NCBI GenBank assembly: GCA_038889075.1
Contig: JAWAHS010000004.1
Location: 97,887-117,312 of the forward strand
Direction of reading: 5' to 3'
DNA length: 19,426 nt
From: Ignisphaera sp.
GTDB lineage: Archaea; Thermoproteota; Thermoprotei_A; Sulfolobales; Ignisphaeraceae
Shown here: positions 16,284-19,426 of the stretch, piece by piece
Layout: each line of letters begins with the position of its first letter
Numbering within the stretch: position 1 is the first letter of the stretch
Notes under the pieces: model-generated
What the model saw: the letters and a program-made list of their open reading frames with translations, nothing else
What the model was told of the DNA's origin: nothing
The model's database searches: none
Position numbers and translations under genes: made by a program

Positions 16284-17353
16284 TTCAGATCACCCTGGTT
16301 GAGCCAGTAGATATATGCATAGGCGTAGCGGTAGCCCTCCGGCACCTCCATAGCTACATAGGAGTACCCCTCTAGTACATAGGTGTGGTTCGCCCAGCTC
16401 CACACAGCTCCATCGCTATACCTAACGGATACGTTTGCTGTAACGGGGAAGCAGTTCGGATTCTTAATGAAGAGAACACCATTCTGCACGGCTGGCTCCA
16501 GATCCCTCCCACCTACAAGAAGGGTATAGTTACCCAGTAGCCTTCCAATCCTATTTAGCTGGGCATAGACCTCGATAACCAGTGGTCTGCGGTATTCAAA
16601 GGAGTGCCCCAGCAGCTCTGGGGGAGGCCTGATCACCACCTCCCTCTCACCAAACCACAGCACATCCAGATACACAGAGTTTACATGGACAGAGACATTG
16701 GTTAGAGAGAGTCCTCCCCTATACCTGATATCCACACTACAATCAGCAGGATTGAAGTATACTCCAGAGAGCATTACAAGAGGTGGCTCAACAGATTCGT
16801 AGATTATGGGCTGGGGTATAAGTGCATAGACAGCCAGTATATACGTAAACATAATAGCGAATAGGATAACATATGAGTAGCCAAGAGCACCAGACCTCGC
16901 TATATCGTAGAGTGCAAAGGCTGTAAAAAGTACAGAGAGTGGCACCCAGAATTCCCACGCAATGCTAAACACAACCCTACCCCTGACAACATCTCTTGAC
17001 ACAGGAGGATCGTCCACAGGATTTGCATCACCCCTAGTAATCAGCACATCCCTATTATACGGAGATACATCAACAAGCCTGTGAACTACACAGTAGCTAG
17101 GAGTCCTACAGTACACTATCACATCACCTACCTGATACCCAGTATTGATATAGAAAACCAGATCACCACGCCTAAGCGAAGGCTCCATACTACTTGAAAA
17201 AACAATAGAAACCCCAAAGAGGTTTAGAACACCAAGCCTAGAAAGAACAGTAGATATAAGCAATACAAAGAGAACAACAAAAATCAAAGTATAGATAGAG
17301 GAAAGTAGGACGTATGTCTTACGAAAAAAACTGTCTCTAACCCTACCAGCCAC
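16253..17353 (-). CDS. Signal peptidase I, S26 (ER/SipW-type Ser-His), with extra TM helices and a long C-terminal extension
   Basis: SSSMEPSLRRGDLV (catalytic Ser), GDVIVY, VVHRL (His), ITRGDANPVDD and VRGRV, then two more TM segments and about 185 aa of beta-rich sequence. Confidence 0.92.
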   Translation of the reverse strand: MAGRVRDSFFRKTYVLLSSIYTLIFVVLFVLLISTVLSRLGVLNLFGVSIVFSSSMEPSLRRGDLVFYINTGYQVGDVIVYCRTPSYCVVHRLVDVSPYNRDVLITRGDANPVDDPPVSRDVVRGRVVFSIAWEFWVPLSVLFTAFALYDIARSGALGYSYVILFAIMFTYILAVYALIPQPIIYESVEPPLVMLSGVYFNPADCSVDIRYRGGLSLTNVSVHVNSVYLDVLWFGEREVVIRPPPELLGHSFEYRRPLVIEVYAQLNRIGRLLGNYTLLVGGRDLEPAVQNGVLFIKNPNCFPVTANVSVRYSDGAVWSWANHTYVLEGYSYVAMEVPEGYRYAYAYIYWLNQGDLKWIGLPLRIG

Positions 17354-17369
17354 AGATATCTACCACTCC

Positions 17370-17913
17370 TCACCTTCCAGACGATGGATTTGCTGGAGGC
17401 GTCTCAGATGATGGCGTATACACTAGTCTAGCTGTTACTTGGTACTGTGCGCCAGTAATACTTGTTCCCTCTGGTATCTTGACGTAGAGGTCTATCTGCC
17501 AAGTCTTCCCCGACGCTATCTGACCAACCCTTATCGGTGTTCCAATTGATTGACTGGCTATATCTAGCACTGTTACTTTAGTTGTTCCCTCGTAGACAAA
17601 CAGCTTTACAGTTGGCAGGTTGCTTGATACAGAGTCGAATATCAAGTAGACGTTCATAGCGTTATCATCACTGTTCGTAATCACAGTCACGTTCTTATAG
17701 TAGTTCTCTTGATAGGTTGGATGGATAGTGATGCTGACCGAGGTTCCGCTCTGCCCAATTGTCGTAGATATAGTGTTTCCGGTGCCTATATCCGGCTGAC
17801 CCACGTTGCTACCAGCCCCAAACCTTACCCCCAGTTCTTGTGGCGATACTGTTATTGTTAGTGGTTACTAGCAGTACTGCTATTGGTGCTACTATTTGTT
17901 TTGCTGTATTCAT
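17370..17913 (-). pseudogene. Secreted beta-rich fibre/pilin-like subunit, frameshifted in its signal peptide
   Basis: ATG 17913 gives MNTAKQIVAPIAVLLV, then the frame turns to nonsense and stops. One base later another frame, closed upstream by TAA 17867-17865, gives PLTITVSPQELGVRFGAGSNVGQPDIG..., continuous with the 144-aa ORF 17370-17804. An assembly error is possible. Confidence 0.72.
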
Positions 17914-18155
17914 ATTTTCTACGCCAAGGGTAGTAGGCGAATACGCTCGCAAATGCTATTGATTTTACTGGTTTAACTAGAAAATGTTTAAAAGCTACAC
18001 ACCGGTTAAGGATTTCGTCCTTTATAGTTGTTCTTCTTTTTAACTTTCTATCTGATACAAGCTCTGCACATTAGTTCCATATATTACCTCTAATCCTATA
18101 TGGTATGGGTAGTCCAAGACATGGTTTGGTCTATGGCTATGGGTTTGGTGTAGCT

Positions 18156-18170
18156 GGATAAACTTTATAT
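18156..18170 (+). promoter_or_regulatory. Putative BRE-TATA promoter of the MNT-HEPN pair
   Basis: GGATAAAC-TTTATAT, about 22 and 31 nt before ATG 18192 and ATG 18201. Confidence 0.5.
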
Positions 18171-18259
18171 TCTTCAAGGGCTAGGTTTAGTATGTGTGTT
18201 ATGTCTAGAGGGCTCGTGAGCCGTATGCCTCCCTGCTTCACAGACTTCTTAGTGTAGCT

Positions 18260-18700
18260 ATGGAGAGGTTTGGTGATAGGCTTATTTCGTTTGTGGTCTA
18301 CGGTTCTGTTGCTAGGTGTGAGGCTGGTAGGGATAGCGATATAGATGTCTTTATGGTTGTAGAGGATCCTCCTAGGGGTAGGTTTAGGAGGCAGGAGTTG
18401 TTTATGGAGGTAGAGGAAAGTGTTGAGGAAGAGGTTGAGGAGCTTAGGTCCCAGGGCTACAACATAGATTTCTCCCCCATTATAAAAAGTGTTGAGGAGG
18501 CGCAAAGGATATCCCCGCTATATCTAGACATGGTTGAAGATGCTGTGATACTGTATGATAGAGGGAACTTCTTTTCAAATATCCTAAACAGACTTAGGGA
18601 GAGGCTTAGAGAGCTCGGTGCAGAGAGGGTAAGGCTTGGTAGAAGATGGTACTGGAGGCTTAAGAAAGACTATAGATTTGGTGAGGTGATAGAGCTGTGA
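18260..18700 (+). CDS. Minimal nucleotidyltransferase (MNT, Pol-beta superfamily); N-terminus apparently frameshifted (original start near 18192/18201)
   Basis: VVYGSVARCEAGRDSDIDV (GS...DxD), SPLYLDMVEDAVILYDR and WYWRLK. The in-frame upstream REPYASLLHRLLSVA has no start codon of its own. Confidence 0.88.
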   Translation: MERFGDRLISFVVYGSVARCEAGRDSDIDVFMVVEDPPRGRFRRQELFMEVEESVEEEVEELRSQGYNIDFSPIIKSVEEAQRISPLYLDMVEDAVILYDRGNFFSNILNRLRERLRELGAERVRLGRRWYWRLKKDYRFGEVIEL

Positions 18701-19122
18701 ACAGCATAGCTATGGCACAGCCCTACCTAAGGCAGGCTGAGGAAAGGATAAAGCATGCAAAAGAGGCACTTGGAGGAGGCAACTATCCATATGTAGTTAG
18801 ACAGTGTCGGGAAGCAGTTGAACTACTTCTTAAAGCATCGCTAAGACTAGTTGGTGTCGAGGTTCCAAAGTGGCATGATGTAGGGCCTGTTCTTAGGAGA
18901 GAAGCAAATAGATTTCCTGAGTGGTTCCAGGCAGAGATACCTATATTAGCACGGATACCGAGAAAGTTGCGTAGAGAAAGAGAAATCTCTATGTATGGAG
19001 ATGAGGAGAGTGGTGTATTTCCCGACGAACTCTACGATAGATTTGATGCAGAGGAGGTGCTTGGCTATGCACTACAGGTCTATAGCACGGTGCTTAAGCT
19101 AATTCAGCAATACATAACCTAG
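18697..19122 (+). CDS. HEPN domain protein (COG2250-like), partner of the MNT
   Basis: GTGA overlap with the MNT; EAVELLLKA, PKWHDVG and REREISMYGDEE; all-helical character. Confidence 0.88.
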   Translation: MNSIAMAQPYLRQAEERIKHAKEALGGGNYPYVVRQCREAVELLLKASLRLVGVEVPKWHDVGPVLRREANRFPEWFQAEIPILARIPRKLRREREISMYGDEESGVFPDELYDRFDAEEVLGYALQVYSTVLKLIQQYIT

Positions 19123-19207
19123 ACCGGAGAGGATATCTCCATATGTTCTCCTTTACTTTAGGAGCTTGGAGAAGCTGTACTGCTACCCTGGATTGATCTA
19201 GGGTATT

Positions 19208-19426
19208 TCAGAGCTGGAGGTAGCCTATCTCCCTTCTATGTCTCTCAATTTTTTCTCCAACAATATCCGCCACTAGTATTGTTATAAATACTGCTACTGT
19301 TGGTGGTACTATGATGTGTGGTGCTACTGCTACATACCTTACACCCTCGGCAAGCATGCTACCTATGGATGGTGTTGGTGGCTGTATTCCCAGCCCTATG
19401 AAGTTGAGGGAAATCTCTATTGAGAG
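19208..19426 (-). CDS. C-terminal 72 aa of a second DppC/NikC-type ABC permease (partial, enters from the right edge)
   Basis: Hand translation LSIEISLNFIGLGIQPPTPSIGSMLAEGVRYVAVAPHIIVPPTVAVFITILVADIVGEKIERHRREIGYLQL* matches the E.SL.F.GLG.QPP.P..G.ML pattern of DppC. Confidence 0.88.
   Translation of the reverse strand, partial: LSIEISLNFIGLGIQPPTPSIGSMLAEGVRYVAVAPHIIVPPTVAVFITILVADIVGEKIERHRREIGYLQL

Noticed and set aside
17370-17913. Type IV pilin or archaellin identity; programmed frameshifting
   Set aside because: There is no class III signal (K/R-G then hydrophobic), the neighbour is an S26 peptidase rather than PibD, there is no slippery heptamer at the break, and residues seem to be missing.
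18098-18150. Short imperfect repeat GGTTTGGT x2 upstream of the MNT
   Set aside because: Too short and low-complexity to support a function.
18137-18505. 122-aa minus-strand ORF
   Set aside because: Antisense shadow of the MNT gene.
1-19426. tRNA, rRNA, CRISPR array, IS element or integrase
   Set aside because: No cloverleaf, repeat-spacer periodicity, terminal inverted repeats or recombinase motifs were seen by eye; tRNAscan-SE and Infernal were not run.

Overview
The window looks like a hyperthermophilic crenarchaeal genome (Desulfurococcales/Ignisphaera-like by inference: GGTG/GAGGTGA ribosome sites, BRE-TATA promoters, AGG/ATA codon use). In order it holds: (1) the 5' part of a GH78 alpha-L-rhamnosidase (minus strand, missed by the ORF track, runs off the left edge); (2) a divergent BioY / fused double-ATPase / EcfT-like ECF operon; (3) an uninterrupted GH29 alpha-L-fucosidase resembling the frameshift-dependent Saccharolobus solfataricus fucA but lacking the slippery site; (4) an AT-rich Dpp/Opp-type ABC importer, probably for oligosaccharides, whose binding-protein/permease genes and ATPase genes diverge from what looks like one bidirectional TATA element; (5) an ArsB/NhaD-family transporter; (6) a three-gene surface-fibre candidate made of a frameshifted small beta-rich subunit, a SipW-type signal peptidase with a long C-terminal extension, and a 701-aa protein (4-TM domain, internal signal-like helix, lectin-like domain, and a domain paralogous to the small subunit); (7) an apparently decaying MNT-HEPN pair; (8) the 3' end of a second DppC-type permease. 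Block 6 is the best candidate for an undescribed system. No rRNA, tRNA, CRISPR array or transposase was seen. Family calls come from motifs read by eye, not from database searches.
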